DNA from: Bacteroidales bacterium
Lineage (GTDB): Bacteria > Bacteroidota > Bacteroidia > Bacteroidales > UBA932
DNA: 64,000 bases
Direction of reading: 5' to 3'
Assembly (NCBI GenBank): GCA_017429425.1
Contig: JAFROY010000002.1
Span: 495,317 to 559,316, forward strand
Every line of letters starts with the position of its first letter. The first letter of the stretch is position 1. A program made the position numbers and the translations under genes. The notes under the pieces were generated by a model. The model ran no database searches. It was not told where the DNA came from and saw nothing but the letters and a program-made list of their open reading frames with translations. Of this stretch, positions 25,309 through 33,828 are shown in pieces.

Positions 25309-25980
25309 ATGAAACGTCTCACTTTTATCTGCCTGATGGCATCGATCCTGCTCTCAGGCTGCAAAACGAGCAATAACAACACTCCGCCTATGAATATGAA
25401 TCAACCCCTTCAGGAGGTGGCCGGGCGCAAGAATTTCGGCGCACAGCACGCTCTTGTAACCACCCCCCAGCCCTGCGTGATGATTGCAACCTGGGATGAG
25501 AACAAGACACCCGACGTAATGATGGCAGCCTGGGCCGGCCAACTGGATTACAATCAGATTGTCATCAGCCTGTCCCCGCACAAAACCACCGACAACCTTG
25601 CTTTGACCGGCGCTTTCACCATCAGCTTTGCCGATGAGCGCACGGTGGCCGAATCCGACTATTTCGGAATCGTCAGCGGCAACAAGGTGCCCGACAAAGT
25701 GGCCCGCGCAGGCTTCACCTTCATCCCCAGTCCCAACGTGGACGCGCCTATTATCAATGAGTATCCCCTCACCCTCGAGTGCAAGGTTGTCAGCTTTGAG
25801 GACGGCATGCTGATCGGCGAAGTGATCAACCAGAGTGCCGACGAGAGCATTCTCACCGATGGAAAGGTGGATCTCGCCAAACTGAAACCCGTCGTCTTTG
25901 ACGCGGCCGGAATGTGCTATCGCGCTCTCGGTGAGGTCGTTGGTCAGGCATGGGGATCCGGAAAAGCATTTATCAAATAA
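25309..25980 (+). CDS. Flavin-reductase-domain protein with lipoprotein signal peptide
   Basis: MKRLTFICLMASILLSGC has the lipobox LSGC, followed by a KTSNNNTPP linker. The rest resembles the FMN-binding split-barrel flavin reductase family. A -7 box lies 27 nt upstream. Confidence 0.7.
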   Translation: MKRLTFICLMASILLSGCKTSNNNTPPMNMNQPLQEVAGRKNFGAQHALVTTPQPCVMIATWDENKTPDVMMAAWAGQLDYNQIVISLSPHKTTDNLALTGAFTISFADERTVAESDYFGIVSGNKVPDKVARAGFTFIPSPNVDAPIINEYPLTLECKVVSFEDGMLIGEVINQSADESILTDGKVDLAKLKPVVFDAAGMCYRALGEVVGQAWGSGKAFIK

Positions 25981-25992
25981 TCCCGCCATACG

Positions 25993-26967
25993 ATGAAAAA
26001 GTTACTGATTGTACTGGCAGCGATGGCAATGGCATTGTCATCCTGCAAGCCCGCGACTTCTGTCGTATATTTCACGAAAGACATCTCTCCCGAAGGCCTG
26101 ATCAAAGTGTATGAGGCAATCGGCCTGGAAGCAACCGGAAAAGTTGCGGTCAAAATCTCCACGGGTGAATCCATGCAGAGCAACCACCTCCGCCCTGAAC
26201 TGATTGCTCCCTTCGTCAAGAGGGTGAACGGTACGCTGGTCGAGTGCAATACGGCGTATGCCGGCAACCGTCAGCAGTCAGCTGACCACTGGAGAACCAT
26301 TGAAGAACATGGCTATCTGGCCATCGCTCCGGTCGATATTATGGATGAGTACGCTGAAATCAGGATTCCGGTCAAAGACGACAAGTGGATCAAGTACGAT
26401 CTCGTAGGTTCACATATCCAGAACTATGACTTCATGATTAATCTGGCTCACTTCAAAGGCCATGCGATGGGTGGATTCGGCGGTGTGCTCAAGAACGCCT
26501 CCATCGGTGTGGCTTCCCGCAACGGCAAGACCTATATCCATACGGCCGGGAAGGCGGATGACTATAACCAGCTGTGGCAGAACCTGCCTGAAGGCTGGAT
26601 GGAGTCGCCTGAGAACAATACTCCTTTTATCGAATCCATGTCTGCGGCAGCACAGGCTGTTCACGATTATTTCAAGGGCAAAAAGGGAATCATCTACATC
26701 AACGTGATGAACAACCTCTCGATTGACTGTGACTGCGACGGCAACCCGCACGCCCCCACGATTCAGGATATCGGTATTGCCGCATCGCTCGACCCGGTTG
26801 CGCTCGACAAGTTCTGTCTGGACCAGGTCTTCAACCTGCCGAATGACGAGAACAACGACACCAAGGCCCTGCTTGAGCGCATCAACCAACGACACGGCAT
26901 CCGGATCGTCTATCGCGGCGAAGAAACCGGCCTGGGTACCACAAAGTACAAAGTGGTTGAACTATAG
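25993..26967 (+). CDS. DUF362-domain protein with lipoprotein signal peptide
   Basis: MKKLLIVLAAMAMALSSC has the lipobox LSSC. VVYFTKDISPEGLIKVYEAIG and HFKGHAMGGFGG are DUF362-type blocks, and a DCDCDG motif is present. The gap to the upstream gene is 12 nt. Confidence 0.65.
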   Translation: MKKLLIVLAAMAMALSSCKPATSVVYFTKDISPEGLIKVYEAIGLEATGKVAVKISTGESMQSNHLRPELIAPFVKRVNGTLVECNTAYAGNRQQSADHWRTIEEHGYLAIAPVDIMDEYAEIRIPVKDDKWIKYDLVGSHIQNYDFMINLAHFKGHAMGGFGGVLKNASIGVASRNGKTYIHTAGKADDYNQLWQNLPEGWMESPENNTPFIESMSAAAQAVHDYFKGKKGIIYINVMNNLSIDCDCDGNPHAPTIQDIGIAASLDPVALDKFCLDQVFNLPNDENNDTKALLERINQRHGIRIVYRGEETGLGTTKYKVVEL

Positions 26968-26981
26968 AAGATTCAGATAGT

Positions 26982-27704
26982 TTATCTGATAAAATGCATC
27001 GGCTCCCAAGGTTCGTCTGCACGGCCGGGAGCCGTTTTTCCGTTAGTTGCTTTCAGCAGCCAGGCCATATTGTTGGCCAGCGCCCGGACGGTCTGCAGTC
27101 CCTCTTTATCCAGTGAGGCGTCACCGGCCTCCATGCCATAAACGATGTTCCAGTACTGGGAGGTGACCACGGTCATATTCATCATCTCGAAGGGCATGTT
27201 CAATGTGTTGTAAGCCGCTGTGGCGCCGCCCCTGCGGCACACTGCAATAGCAGCGGCAGGCTTCCCGGCGATATTCGCGCCGTTGGAGTAGAATGCCCGC
27301 TGGATGACCGACATCACAGCGCCGTTGGGCTGTCCCCAATAAACGGGTGAACCTACGATCAGCGCATCACACTCTGCAAACTTGGCACTGATGCGGTTGC
27401 AGACATCGTCGTCAAAAATGCAGGCGCCCGGGGTTACCTTGCACTTGTTGCATGCGATACAGCCGCGGATGGGTTTCGTTCCTATCCAGAGCGTCTCACT
27501 GTCTATACCATTCTTTTTCAGCTGCTTGGCCACTTCGGCCAAAGCGATGGAAGTATTTCCCTTGGGCCTGGGGCTACCATTAATCAAAAGAACCTTCATA
27601 TGTTTCTTAACTTCATTGTTTGCAAGTGCTTCAGCGCCGGCAGCTGTGAGTAACATTCCCCCTGCAGCCAGGGCCGATTTTTCGATAAACTCTCTTCTGT
27701 CCAT
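26982..27704 (-). CDS. Tat-signal NADPH-dependent FMN reductase / iron-sulfur-flavoprotein-like protein
   Basis: MDRREFIEKSALAAGGMLLTAAGAEA is a twin-arginine signal. It is followed by KVLLINGSPRPKGNTS and the Cys block CIACNKCKVTPGAC. The track start is GTG, so ATG 27704 is used. Confidence 0.75.
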   Translation of the reverse strand: MDRREFIEKSALAAGGMLLTAAGAEALANNEVKKHMKVLLINGSPRPKGNTSIALAEVAKQLKKNGIDSETLWIGTKPIRGCIACNKCKVTPGACIFDDDVCNRISAKFAECDALIVGSPVYWGQPNGAVMSVIQRAFYSNGANIAGKPAAAIAVCRRGGATAAYNTLNMPFEMMNMTVVTSQYWNIVYGMEAGDASLDKEGLQTVRALANNMAWLLKATNGKTAPGRADEPWEPMHFIR

Positions 27705-27794
27705 AATCGATATTCGTTTCGCGAATATAACAATTATTCCACTCACAAGTTAACTACTAAACCTGCAAGAAGAGAATACCTGTTTATGAGGGTT

Positions 27795-28664
27795 CTAAAC
27801 GTTTGAGAGTATTTGTGAATTCCTGTACTCCAGCGGGGCAAGCCCCAAATGCTTCTTTACATACTTGCAAAAGAAACTGACATCCGGGAAATCCAACTTG
27901 AATGCGATTTCCTTGACGGAAAGGTCAGTTTGCAACAGGTAATACTTGATATGCCGGACGGTGTTTTCCGTAATCCAGTCCATGGCTGTACGTCCGCTCT
28001 TTTCCTTGCAGACTGCACTGAGGTACTTTGGGGTCACCACCAGCTGTTCGGCGTAGGCGCTGACCACCCGTTTGGTATTGTCAGGATGACTGAGCATGAC
28101 GATAAAGCGCTGGAACAGGCTGTCCTTCTTCGAAGTCTCCAGCAGCACCTGGTCCTCAATGCCTTCTTCCAGAAACTTCCAGTTGTCGAATTCGTGTAAA
28201 ATCTCGATGGCAGCAGCTTGCGACGTGAGTCTGATAATGCGCTGACGGTATGGATTGTCACTGTCTTCCATGTATGCCTTCAGGAGATTGAAATAGGCCA
28301 GGAACAGCTTTCGCTTGAACTCCGGGGCATGGATGACAGGGTTTTGCTTCAGGTAGAAAAACTTCTTCCAGCAATTTGGATCGATATGAAAAACATTGGG
28401 TAAAGTCTCGTCATACAGAGACTCCCCCACACAAATAACCTTCCCCTGTAAATCGGGCGTCCGCATATACATTCCCAGAATGTTGCGGGGTGCACAAACC
28501 ACCAGGTCTCCTTCTTCGGCACGATACATTTTCCCTTCAAGTGAAAACTGCAACACGCCTCTCTCGCAATAAAACGAGATGAAGAAGCTGGACATGGTCT
28601 CCGGCGCGATGTTGACCTCATCAATGTTATCTGAAATGACAAGGTCATTGAATGATTTCAGCAT
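27795..28664 (-). CDS. AraC-family transcriptional regulator
   Basis: 289 aa. The N-terminal part is cupin-like. The C-terminal double HTH includes YAEQLVVTPKYLSAVCKE and FPDVSFFCKYVKKHLG. Confidence 0.85.
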   Translation of the reverse strand: MLKSFNDLVISDNIDEVNIAPETMSSFFISFYCERGVLQFSLEGKMYRAEEGDLVVCAPRNILGMYMRTPDLQGKVICVGESLYDETLPNVFHIDPNCWKKFFYLKQNPVIHAPEFKRKLFLAYFNLLKAYMEDSDNPYRQRIIRLTSQAAAIEILHEFDNWKFLEEGIEDQVLLETSKKDSLFQRFIVMLSHPDNTKRVVSAYAEQLVVTPKYLSAVCKEKSGRTAMDWITENTVRHIKYYLLQTDLSVKEIAFKLDFPDVSFFCKYVKKHLGLAPLEYRNSQILSNV

Positions 28665-28811
28665 GATTGGTCATTTTTCTACAAAGAAACGAACATTTTT
28701 CCGAGAGGCCAATGGCATAAAACTCCTTTTATGTTTTCCTTATTTCTTCTCTGCGAAATAAAGACTATAAAAAAGGAAGTTTGGGCATGGCAGTTTCCAT
28801 ATGAATGACCC

Positions 28812-28819
28812 TACTTTTG
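28812..28819 (+). promoter_or_regulatory. -7 box TACTTTTG for the CDP-alcohol-PT operon
   Basis: TAnnTTTG 20 nt upstream of ATG 28840. Confidence 0.5.
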
Positions 28820-28839
28820 TATCATTCAATTAGATAGGG

Positions 28840-29544
28840 ATGAAAATGAAATCGTCAGAACAATCCGTAAGAATCCAAACTTCGCTGCTGAACGGGGTCG
28901 AGAAGAAGGTCTTGCTGTGGCTGGCAAAGCGCCAGCCGAAGTGGGTTGACCCCGACTTCCTGACGCTTATAGGATTCATAGGCGCGCTGGTCATTGCAGC
29001 AGGCTACATCTTATCGAACTGCAATGCGAACTACTTGTGGCTGGCCTCACTGGGTTTCGTCATCAACTGGTACGGCGATTCGCTTGACGGAACATTGGCC
29101 CGCTATCGGAAACGGCAGCGTCCCGTATACGGCTTTTATCTCGATCACACCATGGACGCCATCAATGAGACGATTATGTTCATGGGGGTGGGAATATCCC
29201 CTTTCATGCGTTTCGACCTGTCGTGTATCCTTTTGATCCTGTACCTGATGCTGACCCTCAATGTCGCGATGAATGCGCACCTCAGAGGCGAATTCCGCTT
29301 AACATATGCCAAATTGGGCCCTACTGAATTCCGTCTGATCTGCATCATTGCCAACACCGTGCTGGTGTTCTCACAACGGCTGAGAACCTGGGCGATGGAA
29401 CTACAGTGGTTCTCTTCAAGGTTTGAACTGCATATCCTTGATATTCTTGGGGGCTTCATTCTTCTCGTACTGGTGTTGATTTATCTCGTGACCATCATCC
29501 AGGATGCCCGCTATTATGCGAAAACCGATCCGAAGAACAAATAA
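28840..29544 (+). CDS. CDP-alcohol phosphatidyltransferase-family membrane protein
   Basis: The signature GDSLDGTLARYRKRQRPVYGFYLDHTMD is the D-x2-DG-x2-AR...G-x3-D-x3-D motif. The protein is polytopic. A -7 box lies 20 nt upstream. Confidence 0.8.
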   Translation: MKMKSSEQSVRIQTSLLNGVEKKVLLWLAKRQPKWVDPDFLTLIGFIGALVIAAGYILSNCNANYLWLASLGFVINWYGDSLDGTLARYRKRQRPVYGFYLDHTMDAINETIMFMGVGISPFMRFDLSCILLILYLMLTLNVAMNAHLRGEFRLTYAKLGPTEFRLICIIANTVLVFSQRLRTWAMELQWFSSRFELHILDILGGFILLVLVLIYLVTIIQDARYYAKTDPKNK

Positions 29545-30005
29545 TGAATAAATCGGCGAAAGCATTGTTGCTCCGATTCCCCAAGTTCGTTGCAGGCAAC
29601 TTGTCGGGGACTCTCGTGGACACACTCGTTCTGTGGGTTTTCTCACACCTCGTGTTTCATTCTTACGTCGGCAAAATGATTGTCTCCCCCGCCATCTCTT
29701 TTGAGTTTGCGGTCTTTACCAACTTTGTCGTTTCCTACAATATGACATGGAGAGACCGTATCTCGCAACGGTCAATCAAATCGTTCTTCAGGCACTACGG
29801 GGCTTACAATATCTCCTGTACGGTGGGATTCCTGATCAAAATGGGTATGCTTCTGTTGATACAGGCGCTGTCGAAATGGGATGTAGTGATATGTAACTTA
29901 TTGGCACTGTGTGTGTCAGGAACCTATAACTTCATGATGAACGAAATGGTTGTTTTCAGAAAAAGAAAGACATGCAATGACGCTGATTACGATGGAAGAT
30001 ATTGA
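29544..30005 (+). CDS. GtrA-family membrane protein
   Basis: 153 aa with four TM segments, starting FPKFVAGNLSGTLVDTLVLWVF, which is typical of GtrA. TAATG overlap with the upstream stop. Confidence 0.75.
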   Translation: MNKSAKALLLRFPKFVAGNLSGTLVDTLVLWVFSHLVFHSYVGKMIVSPAISFEFAVFTNFVVSYNMTWRDRISQRSIKSFFRHYGAYNISCTVGFLIKMGMLLLIQALSKWDVVICNLLALCVSGTYNFMMNEMVVFRKRKTCNDADYDGRY

Positions 30006-30810
30006 AAGCGTTTTACCGGTATTCAAAGGAAAAGTCGGAAACGGACTCGCACGTTCGCTGACGCGGATTACGGGAATCGATCAGTTGTCGGACCGCTATG
30101 ACCGGCACGAAAACCTCGCCGGTCCGGAATTCGTCAGCGCCTTCTTGAAGGACCTGGACCTGAATTACCAGGTACAGGGCCTGGAACACTTGGAGCAGGT
30201 GCTCGACGGCCCCTTCATTACCGTCAGCAACCACCCCTACGGAGGCCTGGACGGGTTGGTCCTTATTGATCTGTTCGGGAAATATCGGAAAGATTATAAA
30301 GTACTGGCCAACAAGTTTCTTTCAACGGTGGGTACAATCAAGGACAATTTTATCTGCGTAGTACCGAATACGGGTAGATCCAGCGGAATAGCGAGAGAAA
30401 GCATCTCCGGTACAAAGAAGGCGATTGAACATATTAACGGAGGCCACCCTCTCGGTCTCTTTCCTTCGGGTGCGGTGTCAGATTACAGTTTCAAGGATTG
30501 TTGTGTGCGGGACCGGGAATGGCAAAAGGGATCGCTCCGTCTTGTCAGAAAGATGATGGTGCCCGTCGTTCCCGTGCATTTCTTTGACCAAAACTCAAGC
30601 CTCTTTTACTTTTTAGGCTTGATAAGCTGGAAAATCCGGGTCTTGCGCCTCCCCAGGGAAATACTCAACAAGAAAGGCAAAACCATCCGTCTGGGTATAG
30701 GCCCCATTATCTCAGTGGAAGAGCAAAGTCGATATGGACGGATTGAAGAATATGGCAGGATGTTGAGAAATTCTGTCTATGGCATCGAGTATCATTTGAA
30801 CAATACATGA
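29977..30810 (+). CDS. Lysophospholipid acyltransferase-family protein (GlsA/OlsA-like O-acyltransferase)
   Basis: The SNHPYGGLDG block is an acyltransferase His-Asp motif, and FPSGAVS lies downstream. The track start 29950 is TTG, so ATG 29977 is used. It overlaps the end of gtrA by 29 nt. Confidence 0.7.
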   Translation: MTLITMEDIESVLPVFKGKVGNGLARSLTRITGIDQLSDRYDRHENLAGPEFVSAFLKDLDLNYQVQGLEHLEQVLDGPFITVSNHPYGGLDGLVLIDLFGKYRKDYKVLANKFLSTVGTIKDNFICVVPNTGRSSGIARESISGTKKAIEHINGGHPLGLFPSGAVSDYSFKDCCVRDREWQKGSLRLVRKMMVPVVPVHFFDQNSSLFYFLGLISWKIRVLRLPREILNKKGKTIRLGIGPIISVEEQSRYGRIEEYGRMLRNSVYGIEYHLNNT

Positions 30811-31949
30811 ATATGATAGTGACCATTAAAGAAGTTAAGACAATGAAGGATCTGCGGGCGTTTGTCCATTTCCCCAACGAACTATACAAGGACAACCCCT
30901 ATTACGTTCCGCAAATTGAGTCGATGGAGAGGGACACCCTGACTCCGTCAAAGAACAGAGCGTTTGAAGTCTGTGAAGGAAAATATTGGCTGGCATTCAA
31001 CGACAAAGGAAAGATTGTCGGGCGTGTGGCAGGGATTATTAATCACAAGTACAACAATAAGATCAAAGAAAAAACCTGCCGCTTCGGCTGGATTGATTTC
31101 GTGGATGATTGCAATGTTTCCAGGGCATTGATGCAGAAGGTTGAGCAATATGCGCGCGAAAACGGAATGAATACCATCAGCGGACCGATGGGATTTCTGG
31201 AGTTTGACGCGGCCGGAATCCTGGTGGAGGGTTTCGATAAACTCCCAACTGCGTACGGAAAATACAATGCGCCCTACTATGAATCACATCTTCTGGCCTT
31301 GGGTTATCTGAAAGAGGTCGATTTTGTGGAGTATCTCATCCTGATTCCTGAAGTTATTCCGGACCGCTACGCGCAAATGTCCAAGATTGTTGAAGAAAAA
31401 TTCGGTTTGCGACAGGCTGTTCTCCGTCGGCATAGCGATATCAATCAGTACGCGGACGGAGTCTTCAGATGCCTGAATTCAGCCTATTCACATCTCCATG
31501 GTTTCTCAGAACTGACGCCCGGTCAATGTGAAGATTTGAAAAAACAATTTCTGAGCAATATAAGCGTAGACTACCTTTCCATCATTCTCGACTCCCATGG
31601 ACAAGTCGTAGCATTCGGCGTTGCACTGCCCTCGCTCTCCAAGGCTATGCAAAAAGCCAACGGGAATCTCTTGCCGTTTGGTTTTGTACACATCTTGAAA
31701 GCCTTACGGCAAAACGACACTCTGGATGTACTTCTAATAGCGATTGATAACCAGTACAAAAACAAAGGAGTAATCGCAATGATTTTTGACAAGTTCGCTC
31801 AGGGTGTAACAAAAAACGGCATCAAGTATATCGAATCTACGCGGGAACTGGAAGACAACACCAGCGTACAGAACCTCTGGCGCTACTTTGAACGCGATTT
31901 GACCAAGCGGGCCAGAATCTATAAAAAGAACCTGAAAACCAGGCGCTAA
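30807..31949 (+). CDS. Uncharacterised 380-aa protein, probable GNAT-fold acyltransferase
   Basis: ATGA overlap with the upstream stop. The N-terminal FVHFPNELYKDNPYYVPQI block and internal GRVAGIINHKYN / IAIDNQYKNKG recall a GNAT-like family that I cannot name. The functional call is weak. Confidence 0.4.
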   Translation: MNMIVTIKEVKTMKDLRAFVHFPNELYKDNPYYVPQIESMERDTLTPSKNRAFEVCEGKYWLAFNDKGKIVGRVAGIINHKYNNKIKEKTCRFGWIDFVDDCNVSRALMQKVEQYARENGMNTISGPMGFLEFDAAGILVEGFDKLPTAYGKYNAPYYESHLLALGYLKEVDFVEYLILIPEVIPDRYAQMSKIVEEKFGLRQAVLRRHSDINQYADGVFRCLNSAYSHLHGFSELTPGQCEDLKKQFLSNISVDYLSIILDSHGQVVAFGVALPSLSKAMQKANGNLLPFGFVHILKALRQNDTLDVLLIAIDNQYKNKGVIAMIFDKFAQGVTKNGIKYIESTRELEDNTSVQNLWRYFERDLTKRARIYKKNLKTRR

Positions 31950-32896
31950 GGACGGGGTTCGCCGTAGAAGCGCATCCAGACGGCATCCTGAAGCTCCTCC
32001 GGGAGGCCGCGGAGGAAGGAACGGGTCGTATTCTTGGGAAAATCGCTGTAACGCAGGAAAATCAAGCCCGGAAGGGTGTTGTTGAAGTACGGATCCACTT
32101 CGAAACAGACGAGTTTCGCGCCGTTTTCCAGATAGATGCGCACCAGGACCGGCATCCGGTATTTTCCGTCAGAGAGCTTTTTCATCGTGATATCGAGTTC
32201 CCCGATTTCTCCGGGAGGAATCTGCAGATCGTCCGGATTCAAAGAGCCGAAATCCGGCACGAAGGGGTGCTCGGGCGTGGCAATCTGATCGGCATCCGGC
32301 ATCCGGTAATACTTCTGGATATAGTCAGCCATCAGGCTCTTGTAGAGATCAGGAATGTCGTTGCTGATGCTGACTGGCCCCGAAAAGAACTCCATTTCCG
32401 GATATCTCAGCGATGATACGCCGAGTCCGGTCAGCAGCATGCGCAGCGGCTGGATTTCACGCTGGTATTTCTGAACGATAAAGGAACGGCCGAGTTCCAT
32501 GGTTTTGTTAAGCAGCGAAGGGGCCTTCTCCCCATATTTATAGAGCGTAGAGGTATAGAAACCGGATACGCCGCCGTGATCTTTCATGATCTCCGGACCG
32601 AATCCCAGACGGTATGCGCCGACGATTTCCCGCTTCGAAATGTTCCAGAGAATCATCTGCTCATAGTAGGCGTCGAATTCGTCCGTATCCATGGCATGTC
32701 CTGTCCCCTCGCCGACTGCGCGGAAAGTCTTCTCGCGGAGCCGGTACAGCTCACGCATGACAAGCGGAGCTTCCGAAGTCGGAATCAGGTAAGCCCTGTA
32801 GTCTCCAATCTCAAAAAGAATCCGGTGATCCAGTTTGGCCATTTCGGCGCGGATTTCTTTCGCGGGGGTCTTTTTTGCCAGCCGTTCTTTTTTCAT
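31946..32896 (-). CDS. OlsB/GlsB-type N-acyl amino-acid synthase (Acetyltransf_5 GNAT)
   Basis: LYRLREKTFRAVGEGTGHAMDTDEFDAYYEQMILWN...IVGAYRLGFG is the LRxxxF...D.DxFD...vGxYRL pattern of OlsB-like N-acyltransferases. Length is 316 aa. Confidence 0.65.
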   Translation of the reverse strand: MKKERLAKKTPAKEIRAEMAKLDHRILFEIGDYRAYLIPTSEAPLVMRELYRLREKTFRAVGEGTGHAMDTDEFDAYYEQMILWNISKREIVGAYRLGFGPEIMKDHGGVSGFYTSTLYKYGEKAPSLLNKTMELGRSFIVQKYQREIQPLRMLLTGLGVSSLRYPEMEFFSGPVSISNDIPDLYKSLMADYIQKYYRMPDADQIATPEHPFVPDFGSLNPDDLQIPPGEIGELDITMKKLSDGKYRMPVLVRIYLENGAKLVCFEVDPYFNNTLPGLIFLRYSDFPKNTTRSFLRGLPEELQDAVWMRFYGEPRP

Positions 32897-32908
32897 ATAC
32901 TTTAACTT

Positions 32909-33748
32909 TCAATCAATCAAAATATTGCCTTCAGCCACAATGGCAGCTGTGCCACCTACGTAAAGGGTTCCGTCAGATTTCAGACGCGTGGTGATTACGG
33001 AAGGTCTTCCCATAACTTCACCCTGAAGAAAACGGTAATCACCGGGACAGGAAACATGCATATTTTGCGCCAAAAAACAGGTAAGCGCAGCATTGGCCGT
33101 ACCGGTGGCAGACTCTTCAGGGACGCCGTAAAGCGGTGCAAAATCCCGCACATGTGCGGTATAGCCATCTCCAGCCTGTACAAAAGCGTGAATACTGACG
33201 GCATTAAGACGCTTTGTGAGGTCCGAAACGGCCTTCATGTCCGGTTGCAGGGCATTCAGTTCTTCCAGCGTGGCGACGGGCAGCATGATGTCAGGCAGGC
33301 CGGCATATACGATCTGCGGTCGCAACGCGGTGGGTTTTGCTCCGACGGCCCGGTAGGCTGCCGCAATATCTGTTTCGCTCAAAGTGCTGACGATGCGCGG
33401 GGCGGCCATCTGCATCAGTACCTGGGGGCCGGCCTCGATGGTCAGATCGCCCGCAAGGGTGTGGCAGAGGCAGTTACCCTGCACATTCTTCCGCTGATGA
33501 AGCAGATGAAAGGAGGCAATCGTAGCATGTCCGCACAATTCCACTTCCGCTTTGGGGGTGAAATAGCGGAGCGTAAACTCACGGCCGGCATCCTGGCGCA
33601 CGAAAGCCGTCTCGCTGAACCGCAGTTCCGCCGCGACCAGAAGCATCAGCCTCTCTTCCGGATAGTCTTTCCCCTCCAGCAGCACTACGCCAGCTGGATT
33701 ACCGCCGAAAGGACGGTCCGTAAAAGCGTCGACAATGAAGAATTTCAT
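32909..33748 (-). CDS. PhzF-family isomerase
   Basis: MKFFIVDAFTDRPFGGNPAGVVLL start and a SETAFV block. The track start is TTG, so ATG 33748 is used. Confidence 0.85.
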   Translation of the reverse strand: MKFFIVDAFTDRPFGGNPAGVVLLEGKDYPEERLMLLVAAELRFSETAFVRQDAGREFTLRYFTPKAEVELCGHATIASFHLLHQRKNVQGNCLCHTLAGDLTIEAGPQVLMQMAAPRIVSTLSETDIAAAYRAVGAKPTALRPQIVYAGLPDIMLPVATLEELNALQPDMKAVSDLTKRLNAVSIHAFVQAGDGYTAHVRDFAPLYGVPEESATGTANAALTCFLAQNMHVSCPGDYRFLQGEVMGRPSVITTRLKSDGTLYVGGTAAIVAEGNILID

Positions 33749-33772
33749 CGTCACAAAAATAAAAAAAGATTG

Positions 33773-33780
33773 CAAAAATA
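33773..33780 (-). promoter_or_regulatory. -7 box TATTTTTG (minus strand) for phzF-like gene
   Basis: TAnnTTTG 24 nt upstream of ATG 33748. Confidence 0.4.
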
Positions 33781-33783
33781 GAG

Positions 33784-33791
33784 TAACTTTG
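33784..33791 (+). promoter_or_regulatory. -7 box TAACTTTG for the guaA-like gene
   Basis: TAnnTTTG 37 nt upstream of ATG 33829. Confidence 0.45.
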
Positions 33792-33828
33792 CGCGGTTAA
33801 AACTGAATCACGCAAAATCATTCCCATT

